DNA from: the human T2T-CHM13v2.0 reference genome, Homo sapiens
Assembly: GCF_009914755.1 (NCBI RefSeq)
Contig: NC_060940.1
DNA length: 64,000 nt
Reading direction: 5' to 3' (one strand)
Positions 12,376 through 24,538 of this stretch are shown in pieces. Each line of letters begins with the position of its first letter. Position 1 is the stretch's first letter. Under the pieces are notes generated by a model that made no database searches, had not been told where the DNA came from, and saw nothing but the letters and a program-made list of their open reading frames with translations. The translations under genes were made by a program, and so were the position numbers.

Positions 12376-12439
12376 GGCTATCACCATTGTTCTCACCATC
12401 ATCCCTCTCAGGAAGAGGTGGGCACAAGAATTCTGAAGT

Positions 12440-12560
12440 TTCCTTCATCCTTTGCCCCTTATCATGACCCTGTGAGGCCTGCACAACAGGCTTTCTGCAT
12501 TTTCCAGTTGAGGAGACAGGCCCAAAGAGGGTGTTGACTTGCCCAGGAGCCCACAGGAGA
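12440..12560 (-). mobile_element. MIR fragment, antisense
   Basis: 'ccctgtgagg..cattttccagttgaggagacaggcccaaagagggg..gacttgcccagg'. Confidence 0.6.
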
Positions 12561-12889
12561 GGCTGTCTTCTCCTCCCACCTGAAGAGTCTGCCCTACCTG
12601 GCTTCACACCACACACCAGCACCATCACTGACCAGGGTCCCATCCTCTGGACTCTGGGATAGATGTTCACATCCCAATCCAGGCCCAGCTGTGGTGGAAA
12701 GAAACCTGGTATCTTGGGAGGCCTGGTTGAGCAGTGCCAGCTTGTCCCAGCTTCACTGGAATTGCTATCCCACAAATTGGGTTTGAGGCTATGAAGAAGA
12801 CTTCACCTCTTCGATGATCCACCGAGAGAGATTCCCACACAGAGCTCTCTCTTTATCCACTCCCTGCAGTTGGCCTGCCAGTGAAATCA

Positions 12890-15800
12890 CACCTGTGCAG
12901 TAGTCAGGCCTCCTGGCCCACCCGCCAGCTGCCAGCCTCCAGTGTCTCTGATACCCATGGGTAATCATGCCTTCCTTGGCAAGGCTGCTGAGATTCAGAA
13001 GGACCTAAACAGATCTTTGGCTCAGATGGGTTGCTTCAGCCTTGTGTCCTTGGCCATCTTCCCTTGCCTTCCGAAGGGCCCTGCCAGCCTCACTGTACCA
13101 AGCCCTGACCCTAGCGGTCTCTCCGTGGGGACCACATCTCACCCACCCTCCATTGCCAGGGCTCCTGCTCAGCTCTTCTCACTTTCCCAGGACAAGCCTG
13201 GCTTCACAGACACATCTAGATCCAGCGCTTTTCTCTTCGTGGTGTTCAAAGAAAGAGTATTATTTTTTCTCTAACTTGACCTATAACCTACTTATTTTGA
13301 AGATATCCAGGCTGCAGGAGATCTCTACCCATCTACCCAGAAGGCATCAGCCCTTGCTTCAGTACCTTCTCATTCCACTCTGTCACTAAATGTTTATGAC
13401 CTCAAGAAAATTTGAAGAAGCATAAGCAAGTGCAATTCCATTGGTACCAGGGCTGTAAGGGTGGGACCAGATGGGTGAACCTCACTGGGGATAAATAGAA
13501 ATTGTGTACAAGATGGACATTTCAAGGTTGGTTTCAAGAAACACAGGGAAAGCTAACTTTCATAGGTGACAGTATGCACAAGTTAAGCTTCCTAACAGCC
13601 ACAAGTTCACAGGTTCTTCTATCTAAATGTGGCAATGTGTGACGATGTCTGAATGGCCATAATACACATACATAGAGTAATTTATAGCATTCATTTTTGT
13701 ATTAGAAATTGTGCATTTCAGCCACAAGTTTTTTGTACATGATGGATAGTCCCACATTGCTTGAAGATTGGAAGAGAGAGCACTTTATGAAATGTCCTTT
13801 TGGACACATTTTCATTGACGTTTCTATGTCCCAAGAGGCAATGAGACAAGTCATGATAAACTGATAGTGTCTTCTGGGGTTACACCTGAACTTCTTGGTG
13901 TCAGGACCGAGGAAATCAAGGACACAGATATGCCAAAGGTGAGGTTAGAGCAAAAGTTTAATGGGTGAGAAAAAGAGAACAGCTCTCTGCTGCAGAGAGG
14001 GATCCAGAAAAAAAGAGTTGCCATTCTGCAGTGAAATACAAGTGTTTTTATAGATGAGCTAGTGGGAGGGGGTATGTTATCCACATAGGGCATGAAAAAC
14101 TGGTTAGGACCAGGTGTGTCATCTGCTTAGAGCATGAATCTCTGGCAGCTCACACCCCAACCTTTTATTATGCAGGCAGATTCTCAGCCTGAGCTACTCC
14201 AAGTTGCTTATCTCTTTTCTACTGTGCATATGCTACAAAGAGGGGTGGGGCCCCCCATGTTGGATATGTCTGGCCCAAGGTGGTCATTTCTACCCATGCA
14301 GCTGCAGGCATCCCTGCCCACACAAGCTTCCAGCTTCCTTTTGTATGATTGCAGCCCAATTTTCCAGGCTGCTCTTTGTTAAAGAGAAGTGAATTCCTGG
14401 GTTGCTTTCTGTTAGAAGGGATGTTCTGTTGAGAACTCTTTGCTCTATCTGCCTAGCTAGTTTCTTTCTACATCTGCTCTCAATGACAATTATTCAGTTT
14501 TAATGGGGTCCTGGGGGTGGGAACAGATAAATTTGAGACCACAAAGTACCTTAGAATAAGAATTCACCCTTTAGTCAGCTTTAGTGTGAGTTGCACATCT
14601 ATTATAATATTGGCTTCATGCACTACTGAATATAACAAGAAGGGAAAATGTGTATCTTTTAAAAATCTAGATGACAAATGGACTTTCCACAGATTCTTTG
14701 TGTGTTCCTGATTTAGAATTTGTTCATTCCACTGTAGTTTGTTTTCATTGAAATCACCAACTGATGAGGAAGCCTAGGCTGGCAAGCAGGACACGGTGGA
14801 TTATTTGCAGGAAAGATGTTTTTGTGGGGACCCTAAAGGGTCAGGCACTGCAGCCCACAGGAAAGCCTCAGCCATGATTCTCTGTGGCGCTGCTCTGGTG
14901 GGGTAAGGCAGCCATGCAAAGCTCTGATTCCCTGTCCTGAAGGGTGACATTGGCCGGGCAAGCCCCAGCCTTCAGGAAAAAAGGACAGACAAGGGAGTGC
15001 TTCACGTTCCGGCCTTGTTCCGGCCTTGTCATGAGCTCCACCGGCAGCCTGCAGTGGGGCACAGCTTCTAGGTGCCTGGTCAGCTCTGGTCCTTCAGGAG
15101 GTGAAAATGACTTTTCTCCTGGATTCTCTGCCCTGTTGGCTGGGCCTGGGAAGGACTCAAGGTCTGCATGGCAGTTTCTGAGTCTCCAGCACCCAGCTGT
15201 CTCATTGTGATGATGACAGGGAGAATGGCCAGAAGTACCAGGGTGGGGAAAACGAAGAGCCAGCAGGAGAAGGCGAGCTTCCAGAAGCCCCACCACAAAT
15301 GCTTAGTGCCTGGGTAGGCACGGGGATCGCTGGGTTTTGCCTGGGAGCAAGTCCATAGGCCCTGCTGGAGATTGCCAAGATAACCACCCCCTGCCAGAGG
15401 TCACCAGGGATTGCCTGAAAACCTTCGGAAATGATGCATGCCCCTATTGCTCAAAAACTGGAAGAAGCTGCAGCCTCAGCAGGTTATCCAGGCCACTGAG
15501 TGGGGCAGCGGGCCTACACTGAGTGGACTCCTGCATTGGCAGTAGGCAGCTCTCCTGACCCATCCACCAGCTGTCTGCTTCCAGTGAGCAAGATCTTCAA
15601 GGCTGATCAGACCTCCAGTTGGCAGGGCTGATGAGATTCAGTGCGACTTGGTCAGATCTTTGGCCCAGATGAGCCACTTGAGTTTCAGTGTCCTGGGCCA
15701 ACTTTCCTGGCCTTCAGAGGGCCCCTGCCAGCCTGAGTGAGCCAGGCTTGGCTGCATCTTCCTGGGAGCCCCATCTCACCTGCCCTCCATCCCCAGGACT

Positions 15801-17760
15801 CCTGCTCAGCAGGACAAGCCTGGCTCCAACAGACATCTCTAGATGCTGTTTCTCTTTGTGGTGAGCAAAGAAACAGAATGAGTTCCATTTTTTAATTTTT
15901 TTCTAATTTTACCTATAACTTATTTATTGTAAAAAGGTTTGGGCTGCAGGAGACCTGACCCACCCACGCAGGAGGCCTCAGTAGCCTCCCAATCCACCCT
16001 GTTACTAAATATTTCCACTCCTAACAATATAGGGGGAAGCAGGAACAAGTGCAGTTTCACTGCACCAGTGCTGTGAGGATGGGGCCAGAAGGGTCCTACC
16101 CAGTAGGATTCAATAGGAATTATATAGAAATAAACATCTCAATGTTTGTTTGGACGGATTGACATGGAGAAATTTAATTTTGATAGGTTCTAGTACACAG
16201 AAGTTAAGCTTCCTAACAGCCATGAGTTTACAGCTTCCTCTTTCTGAATTTGGCAGTGTTTTTGATGTCCAAATTGCCACGATGTCCACACATATTTACA
16301 ATAGTTTATATTATTCATTTTGTATTACTAATTGTGCACTTTGGCCAACAGTGTTTCATACATCATGGTTGGTTTCCAACCTCGCTTGAAAATTGGAAGT
16401 GACAGCCCTTTATGGAATGTTGCTTTTGACACTCTTCCATTTAAGGCTCTGTGTCCCCACAGTGCTACGAAGACAAATAGTCATCACTCTTCCATTTTGA
16501 GGGGGCCAGGGTAAGCAGATGCAATTTGAGAATACAAAGTACCTTGGAAACAGAATCATCTTTCAATCAGTTTTAGTGTGAATTTCATTTACATTAGAAT
16601 AGTCTGTTCATGCACTCATAAGATTTCAGGGAGGGACAATTGTCACCTTTGAAGAATCAAAGTGACCAATGGGCTTCCCTCAGTATTTTGTTTATTTGTT
16701 TCTGGAACTTAGTCATGCCATTGTAGATCGTTTCTTTTGGAATCACTGGGTGATGAGAAACCCCAGGCTGGAGAGCTGGACACCGTGGAGTCCCTGCGGG
16801 AGAAGTGTTATTAGGGTGGCCTAACTTGGAAGGCACTACAGCCTGTGGGAAAGCAGCATCCAAGATTCTCTCTGGCGTGGCCGGGTGCTGGGTGAGGTAG
16901 CCAGCCCAACAGCTTATTCTGTATCTGGAATGGTGTCTCCCAGCCTGGGCATGGCTTCAGTTTCCAGGAAACAGGCACGGGCCAGGGAGCACCTTACCTG
17001 TTTACTGCTGCGATGTGTGGGGCCTGTATCCGCCACTGGGCACGCCACCTCTTCAAGTGGGGTCCTGTGCATTCCTTTTGGAGGCTTCAAAAGACTTTCC
17101 TCTCTGACTCCCGGCGTCTTCACCTGGACACTGTAGGATCCCAGATCTGTGTGTTTCCCAAGTGTCTATAGCGCCAGGTGCCCCATTGTGACAGGGAAGA
17201 TGACCAAATTAAGTGATTAGGGCCGTTTGAAAAAAAAGCAGGAGAGATGCTGTATGGAGGAGGCCTGACATGACTGCCTCTAGCCTGCGGCTGCTTGTGC
17301 TATGCGCAGGCAGGACTGGTCTCTTCCAGGGTGATGTGATCCGCTGTGCTGAAGATTCTCACCATTTCCTTCCTTTCCCCATCGGGGCACCTGGGTAACC
17401 AGCTGAAGCAGTAGTTCCCCATCCGGAACAAAGACTGCAGACCCTCGCATGGGCTCCAGCCTGCAGGACACAAGCGTGAGCCTTGGAGGACCCCACATAC
17501 CTAGGTGGTTGTGGGCTAGACCTGTGGCCTTCACTGGGTTCTTGACTCATTCCTGGAGTGTGAGGGTTTTGTTCTTTTTTAACTGGAGGTGGCAGATGAC
17601 TGTCCTTCTGGACTTCCTATATGCTCACCTGACCCCTGCGGGACCTGAGATCATTGGGGTTCCCAGGTCTTTATGGTATCACGCCCCCATTGTGACAACA
17701 AGAAGGATGACCAAAAGTATGCCGGTGGTTGAGGAAGATAAAAAAGAGGAGTGGAGTTGC
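12890..17760. repeat. Old tandem duplication: unit A ~12890-15260 (with LTR insert), unit B ~15530-17220, partial unit C ~17490-17760
   Basis: Collinear shared blocks such as 'cagatctttggc' (13010/15653), 'aggacaagcctggct' (13189/15811), 'aagttaagcttcctaacagcc' (13580/16201), 'acaaagtacctt' (14541/16534) and 'cattgtga' blocks (15204/17184/17688). Confidence 0.9.
13854..14482 (-). mobile_element. ERV1 solo LTR (LTR9-like), present only in tandem unit A
   Basis: 'ggggttacacctgaac..ggaaatcaaggacacaga..gtttaatgg..gagaacagctctctgctgcagagaggg'; absent at the homologous position in unit B. Confidence 0.65.
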
Positions 17761-18439
17761 AGGGAGGAGGCTCGACAAGATCACCTCCAGCCTGGGGCAG
17801 CTGGATTGGCGAGTCAGGGGCTGGCTCCTGCCTGGGCAAGACAATAAGCCATGATGAACAATGCCATTATCCTCCTTTTCAGTTGGGGGTACCTGGGCAT
17901 ATCTGAAAACCTTGAAAAAGTGTTTGCATTTTCAGAGCTTAAGAAAAGGAAGAAGCAGCAGCTACAGTGGGTTTTTCATGCCTTCCAGTGGCATTGAAGA
18001 ACCTGCACTGAATGCCACCTGGAAAACAGCCTGGACCTGCACCTTTGGGCCGGGGCACCCGTGGGAGCTCAGCCCTTGCTGCCTCAACCCTTTTTGGATT
18101 CTTTTCTCCCCAGACTGTCCCAGAGTTCAGGTCTTCTCGTCTCTTGTCTGTCCAGTGAAGGTACAAGGGTGGAAAGGTGAGGGTGTGGAGTCAGGAGCTT
18201 TGTTCCACTGCTGGGCATAGTGAGAAGTCAAAAGAGAGGTTATGATCTCGTTGTGCTTGAAGGGGAGAGGCCAAAGCCTAAGACATTCTGCCTTTTTAGG
18301 GGAATTACCTTTCAAGGCTTATTTGGTCTTCACTAGCCTTTACATCTGAGGATGAAGGAGTTGAGGCTCTGTTACATGGATGTCTAAAGAGATCATAACT
18401 CTCACATTGAATGACACAGAGACTGATAGCTCTAGCACA

Positions 18440-18690
18440 GTACCTAGGTAATGTGACTCTCTTTTGCTACGTGTGCCCTTCCTACATAAGGAAATGTGAC
18501 ATACCACTGGGCCAAGCACCCAGGAAATGTGACTCTCCCGCCTGTGCCCTGCCTGTATTGGGCAATGTTGTGACACATCTCAGAGCTGAGCACCTAGGTG
18601 ATGTAACTCCTTTTTTGGGAGCTGTCAATGGAAGGGATTGTGACATATGTTTGGCCAATCACCCAGATGATGTGACTCTCTTGCCTATAA
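18440..18690. repeat. Degenerate beta-satellite (68-bp family), ~3.5 monomers
   Basis: 'acc(c/t)aggtgatgt(a/g)actc' at ~18442, 18518, 18592 and 18661, each of the first three followed by 'tgtgaca', with ~70-75 bp spacing. Confidence 0.8.
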
Positions 18691-21600
18691 CTCAAATTGG
18701 GGAGAAATTATATCTTGACAATATTGAGATTTTATGTTCATGCACATTAAATGTCTTTCTATTTATTAAGATCTTCTGTGATCTTTCATGGCTCTTTCAT
18801 TAGAAATTTGTAGTTTTCATTGTATATAGATCTGTGTGTCACAAAGGTCTATATGACAAAACTGAGACAAAGACAAACTGACGGATTCTTCCAGTTTTTG
18901 TGGATGGCTCTGGGCTGGGGCATTCCTTTAACACACATGCATACTGTTGAAAACTTTGCTTCAGTCTTCACTTTCTGCTGAGCTGAGCCTGAAGGTCAGC
19001 CAGTGCTGAAAATGAGGGTCTTCTTGGGTCTTTAAGAAAATGTGTTTTTCGTGGTTATGCACAGAGTGCTTTGTCAATTTGCCAGCATACCTGGGTGCTT
19101 TTTAATAGCCTAATTTGTAAAACAAAACAAAATCTCACGTTAGCTTTTTATTCTTGGCTTTATGTGACCTATTGCATGTGTCATCTGTAATCTGTTCTCC
19201 AGGGGGCTGCTGGCTTTCAGTTTCCTTAAAATACTCCCAAGTAACTCGTGCCAATTTTTTAAACTGATTTTTTTCTGACTTAGAGAAAAAAGAGAGCCTT
19301 GTTTCAGACCTTTGGATAGCCCTAATACAGATTTTAATGTAACAACACAATACTTTGCAAGTAAGACCTCCTCTTTTCCCTCTGGAACCACTGAGCAGAG
19401 GCCCATACTGGCAACTCAGGATGTTGTTTTTAAGACTGCCATCAAGTAAGGGAAGGATTTGGGCAAGGACGTGTAAAAAGTCCACGAGGCTTTTCTCCTG
19501 TTCTTCATTGTTTTTCTTGATTTTGTATTTACATGGTTGCTGTACAACTTGATGGTTTTCAACAGGTTTTACAACATCGTTTCTGACAGTTCTGCTTGTT
19601 TTTCCCTGTTTCTGTGGAGGAGCAGGTGTTTGGAGCTGTACATTCTTGCCATTTTGCTGATTTTACTCTCTCTGGGCTCTCAGTTGTACTTCGTTGATCT
19701 AAATGACTTTCCTTGTGTCGTTACTACACCATCTTGATTAAGGTTGCTTTGAGGCAAATTTTGAAGTTGTAATTTGTGAGTCCTCTTATTTGGCATCTTT
19801 TTAAAGATTTTTAAAGATATTCTTAGTCCCTTTTAATTTTATATGAATTTCAGCATCAATGCTTCAGTTTTTACATGGTAGTCACCTTGAATTCTAATTG
19901 TACTGAATCTAATTGTACTGGATGTAGACTGTTTGGGGAGTTATTGTCATCATAATGTATTAAACCTACTGATTCATAAACATGGAATGGTTTCTCATTT
20001 ATTTAGATCTTCAACCTCTTTCGATAAGGTTTGTAGTTTTCAGATTACAAGTTTCTTTCACATTTTTAAAAATTTATTTCTATGTATTTATTATTTAATT
20101 GCTATTGTAAATGGATTTGTTTTTGCCTCAACTGCATTATTAGATATTTCGTTGCAAGTGTATAGAAGTATAATTGATTTTTGTATAATAATTTTGTACC
20201 TCTGACTTTGGTGAATACATGATCTTGGTTGCTTCCAAGTTTTGTGAAAACTACAATTAATATTACTGTAAACTTTTTTGTGCAGGTTTTTGTGTGGACT
20301 TACATTTTCAATTCATTTGAGTAAGCTAACCTTTAGGAATTTGTTTGGAGTTCAGAAGACACCACCCTGCCACATAGGATCGAGTTAAGAAAAACTCATT
20401 TTGTGCAAATCAAGTTTATATGGGCCTATGATGAGGTTCATGGAAAAGCACTGTGTATAGTTGTGTGAATTTGAGCCCAGTGATTTATTATGTATTAATC
20501 TTGCCCTGTGTAGCAGATGTTCTAGGAGGTGCTGCAATGACTAAAACAAAACAAATAATTCTGCCCACTTGAAGCTGATATTCTAGGAAAGAATAAATAT
20601 ATAATACAAGTAAAATAAACAATGTGTAAGATAGTGGTTACTGCTAATGTGGGAGGAGAGTGTGGTAAAGAGAGCAGAGGTCTAAACTGGGTGTCTCTCT
20701 GAGCATTTATTTGTGTGTTTCAGCTGCTAACTCTGACAGTTAGCAAGCTTGTGTGTCTTTGTCTGCATGTATCCACCTTTACGTGCAGTGAAAAGTCTGC
20801 TTTTGTATTTATGCCTGGGTGCTATGTGTGTATTTGCTTTGAAATCACTAATACTTTTATGTTCTTGCCTAATTTCCTAGCTAACAGCTTTTTTTTACCA
20901 TGTTGAATAGATGTCGTGAGAACAGACATCTTTGTCTTATTTCTGATCTTAGGTAGAAAGCATTTTGTCTTTTAACATCAAGTATGATGTTAGCTGTGGG
21001 GTTTTTATAGATGTCTTACAATATCTTTTCTATTTCCAGTTTATTTAATGTTTTTATCATGAAGAGTGTTGAAGATTTTCAAACCTTTTTACTTTGTATT
21101 TTCCCTATATTAATACCTTGCCAGATGTATTATTAGAGTATTGTTATGGAGTATGTTCTATTATTCAGAGTTGTCCTGTTACTCTATTGATAGTGTCCTC
21201 TGAGAGACAAATTCACTATTGATGAAGTCATGTATCTATTTTGTTGTTGACTGAGCTTGCATCATATGCAAGAAATTATTCCCACATCTAATGGTATGAA
21301 TATTTTGCCCTATCTTTTTTTTAATAGTTGTTCAGGTTTAAGTTTTTCTTTTAGGTTTTCGATGCACTTCGATTTCATTTTGTATACAGTGTAAGGTATA
21401 AGTCCAATTTTATACTTCATTATGTGAATATCTAGTTTTCCAAGCAAATTTTTTTTTTCTGAAGACTTTCTTTTCCCACTGAATAACCCTGGCAACTTGT
21501 TAAACTATTTTATCATATATGTGAGGATACCTTTCTGGGCTCTATTTTATTTCATTTGTTTGTAGTCTCTATCCCAGTACCACACTGTTTTGAGTAACAT

Positions 21601-21830
21601 GACTGTGAGTAACTTTTGACGTTAGGAAATTTCTCATTATGAAATTAGAGCTTTGAACATTTTTTTCTCTTTTTTTTGCGATCGTTTTGACTATTCTTGG
21701 TTCCTTGAGATTTCACTTGAATTTTAGAATGTTAGTTTCTGTTTCCATTTAAAAAAAGTTATTGGGCTTTTGATTGGGATTGCACTGCATTTATAGATAA
21801 TTTTAGGAGAAATTGCCACATTAGTACTTT
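18690..21830 (-). mobile_element. Old antisense L1 fragments (L1M/ME), interleaved with other sequence
   Basis: T-rich antisense ORF2 text such as 'ctactgattcataaacatggaatggtttctcatttatttagatctt' and 'tgatgttagctgtggggtttttatagatg'. Confidence 0.7.
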
Positions 21831-22840
21831 TAAGAGAGTTTCCAAGATGGCTTACTGGATGCAGCCAGGAAGTGTTGCTCCCAAAGAGAAAGACCACAAT
21901 TTTGACTACATCAACATAGTTTGAATAGATATTTGGAGAGAAAATGCATAGTGTGGATGGAGAAAAGGTGCGTTTTCTAAGACTGAAGAGCAAGGAAGCT
22001 GGGGTGCCCTTATGGGGTGCCTGAACGCTATGACTGCTTTTTGGCCCTGAGTGGCATCTGGGGAAGAAGTGAGTAAAGGGACTGGGAGGCTGCTCACTCT
22101 CGCTGCAGACCACTGGGATCCTGGCTGCAGGAAGCTCCACACCCCCATGGACATGTGAGTTGGCAAGGAGCTCTCCCTGGAGAGTAGATGGAGATGGAGC
22201 TGTAGCAGGCACAGAGCCAGGACTTTTTATCATGGGTCAGATCTGGTGGAGCTCAACCATAAAGTCCCACCTCCGTGGCTGCCTATCTCTCTCAGAGGCT
22301 TTGGCCCCAGCTAAACTGCAGGGAGAAAGCAAGGCCTGCTTACCCGCAGGATTGGGACATGTCTATCCTGTAGGCATGCCTGTCCACCAGCCTCTTACAT
22401 GGCCCCTGCCTGGCTTCCTGGGAGAAGCATGTATACATTGTAGTTTCTGCTACCCAACCTGGATGCTTGGCTCCACCTGAATGCATTCTGGCGGCCCAGA
22501 AATCCCTCAGATCCCTCACCACACTTGGAACCTGGCCCTAAGCATCAGGAAGAGGGAGTCATAAGCAAGTCGTGGCACTCCAGTGCTGTGGCCTGTGGTT
22601 CAGGAGTGCCAAGCTGGGATCTGTGCTGGGCAGTTGAATGGGGGAGGAACCCACACTCTTCAGAAACTGAGAGGCCAGATTCACACAGGTTCACAGGCTG
22701 GCGTGGGCCCTAGGCACACCTCCTTCCACAGGGCTGTTATGGTAAAGATGCAGGGTATTTTTCTAGAAGACATCTCCCTGAGGGAGCCCCACAGCTTGAA
22801 ACACCTAACAACAATGACAATAATGATAATGATAGTAATA

Positions 22841-23143
22841 GGCCGGGCGTGGTGGCTCACGCCTGTAATCCCAGCACTTTGGGAGGAGGAGGCGGGCGGA
22901 TCACGAGGTCAGGAGATCGAGACCATCCTGGATAACACGGTGAAACCCCGTCTCTACTAAAAATACAAAAAAATAGTCGGGTGTGGTGGCGGGCGCCTGT
23001 AGTCCCAGCTAGCCGGGAGGCTGAGGCAGGAGAATGGCATCAACCGAGGAGGCGGAGCTTGCAGTGAGCCGAGATCCTGCCACTGCACTCCAGTCTCTGG
23101 GCGACAGAGCGAGACTCCGTCTCAAAAAAAAAAAAAAAAAAAA
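22841..23143 (+). mobile_element. AluY with 16-bp TSD
   Basis: AluY-type 'gagatcgagaccatcctgg.taacacggtg' and 'ggagaatggc'; TSD gataatgatagtaata at 22825-22840 and 23147-23162. Confidence 0.95.
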
Positions 23144-24127
23144 GGAGATAATGATAGTAATAATAATGGGCATAGTGCCAGTGATTGGAAGTGAGTCTCT
23201 CAAGACTCATGAACAGACCTGTACCACAGAACATAGTTGCAAATAAAGAAGATACACAAAGGAACTGCATGGTAAAGAACCTATCTACATCCCACTGCTC
23301 TCAAGTGCTATCTACTGGATCGCAGTAGAGATTACACCACCAAAAATCACTTTACTAATTCTTCCCCTGTGAAACCAAGAGCAAGAATTCAACAACAAAG
23401 ACACTGTACAGAGTCCTAGTCCTCTGAAAACCTTCAAAAAAAGAAAGCCAATAGACTATACTCAATTTATACCCCAATTAGAGGTATACCAGTTCTCTCA
23501 GATGAGAAAGAATTGGCTCAAAATCTCTGGCAATGCAAAAAGCCAGAGTGTCTCCTTCAAGAGAGCCCACTAGTGCCCCAGTGATGGTTTTTAACAGTCT
23601 GAATTGTCTAAAATGACAGACATGGAAAAAAGAGCAGGGAAACTCATTTAAATTGAGAAGAAAGTTGAAACTTAACCCAAGGAAGCCAAGCAATCCGGTT
23701 AAATGATTCAAAACCTGAAAGATAAAATAGCAATCTTAAAAAATATCTAAACTAAAAAATTCTTGAGCTGAAAGATTTACTGTGAGGATTTTATAATAAA
23801 ATCAGAAGTATTTCCAGCAGAATAGACTAAACTGAGAAAAGAATCTCAGAGCTCACTGTTTTATTGAATCAACATAGTCAGACAAAAATAAAGATAAAAG
23901 AATTAAGAAAAATCAACATCCCCATTGAGAAATATGAGATTACTTAGAGAACAAATCTACAATTTATCAACATTTCTGAGAGAGAAGGAAAGAGAATAGG
24001 CAAGTTGGAAAATATGTATGAAGATATAGTTCATGAAAGTACCTCTAATCTCACTAGCGAGGTTGCCATTCAAATCCAAGAGAACCCCAGTCAGCCCCTA
24101 GTCAGATACAATAATATATGACAGTCT

Positions 24128-24538
24128 GTATTAGTCAGTTCTCACATTGCTATAAAGAAATACTTGACACTGGGTAATTTATAATGAAAAGAAGTTTGGT
24201 TGGCTCACAGTTCTGCAGGCTGCAGCGGAAGCATGCAGCATCAGCTTGGCTTATGGGGAGCCCTCAGGAAACTAACAACCATGGCAGAAGGAAGAGGGGG
24301 GCAAGGCATCTTACATGGAAGAACAGGAGCAACACAGAGAGCGAGGAGGTGCTACCCATTCTTAAACAGCCAGATCTCATGAGAACGTTATCGCGAGACA
24401 GCACAAGGGGCTGGTGTTAAACCATTCACAAGGATCTATCCCCATTATCCAATCACCTCTCAGCAGGCCCCACCTCCAACATTGAAGATTACAGTTCCAC
24501 ATGTGATTGGGGCAGAATCACAGATCCAAACCATATTG
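24128..24538. mobile_element. MSTA (MaLR) solo LTR inserted in L1 ORF1
   Basis: 'tgtattagtcagttctcacattgctataaagaaatac...cagatccaaaccatat'. Confidence 0.85.

Noticed and set aside
15080-15298. 72-aa ORF with a hydrophobic, signal-peptide-like stretch
   Set aside because: Non-ATG start; homologous positions in the other tandem units contain stops and look intronic
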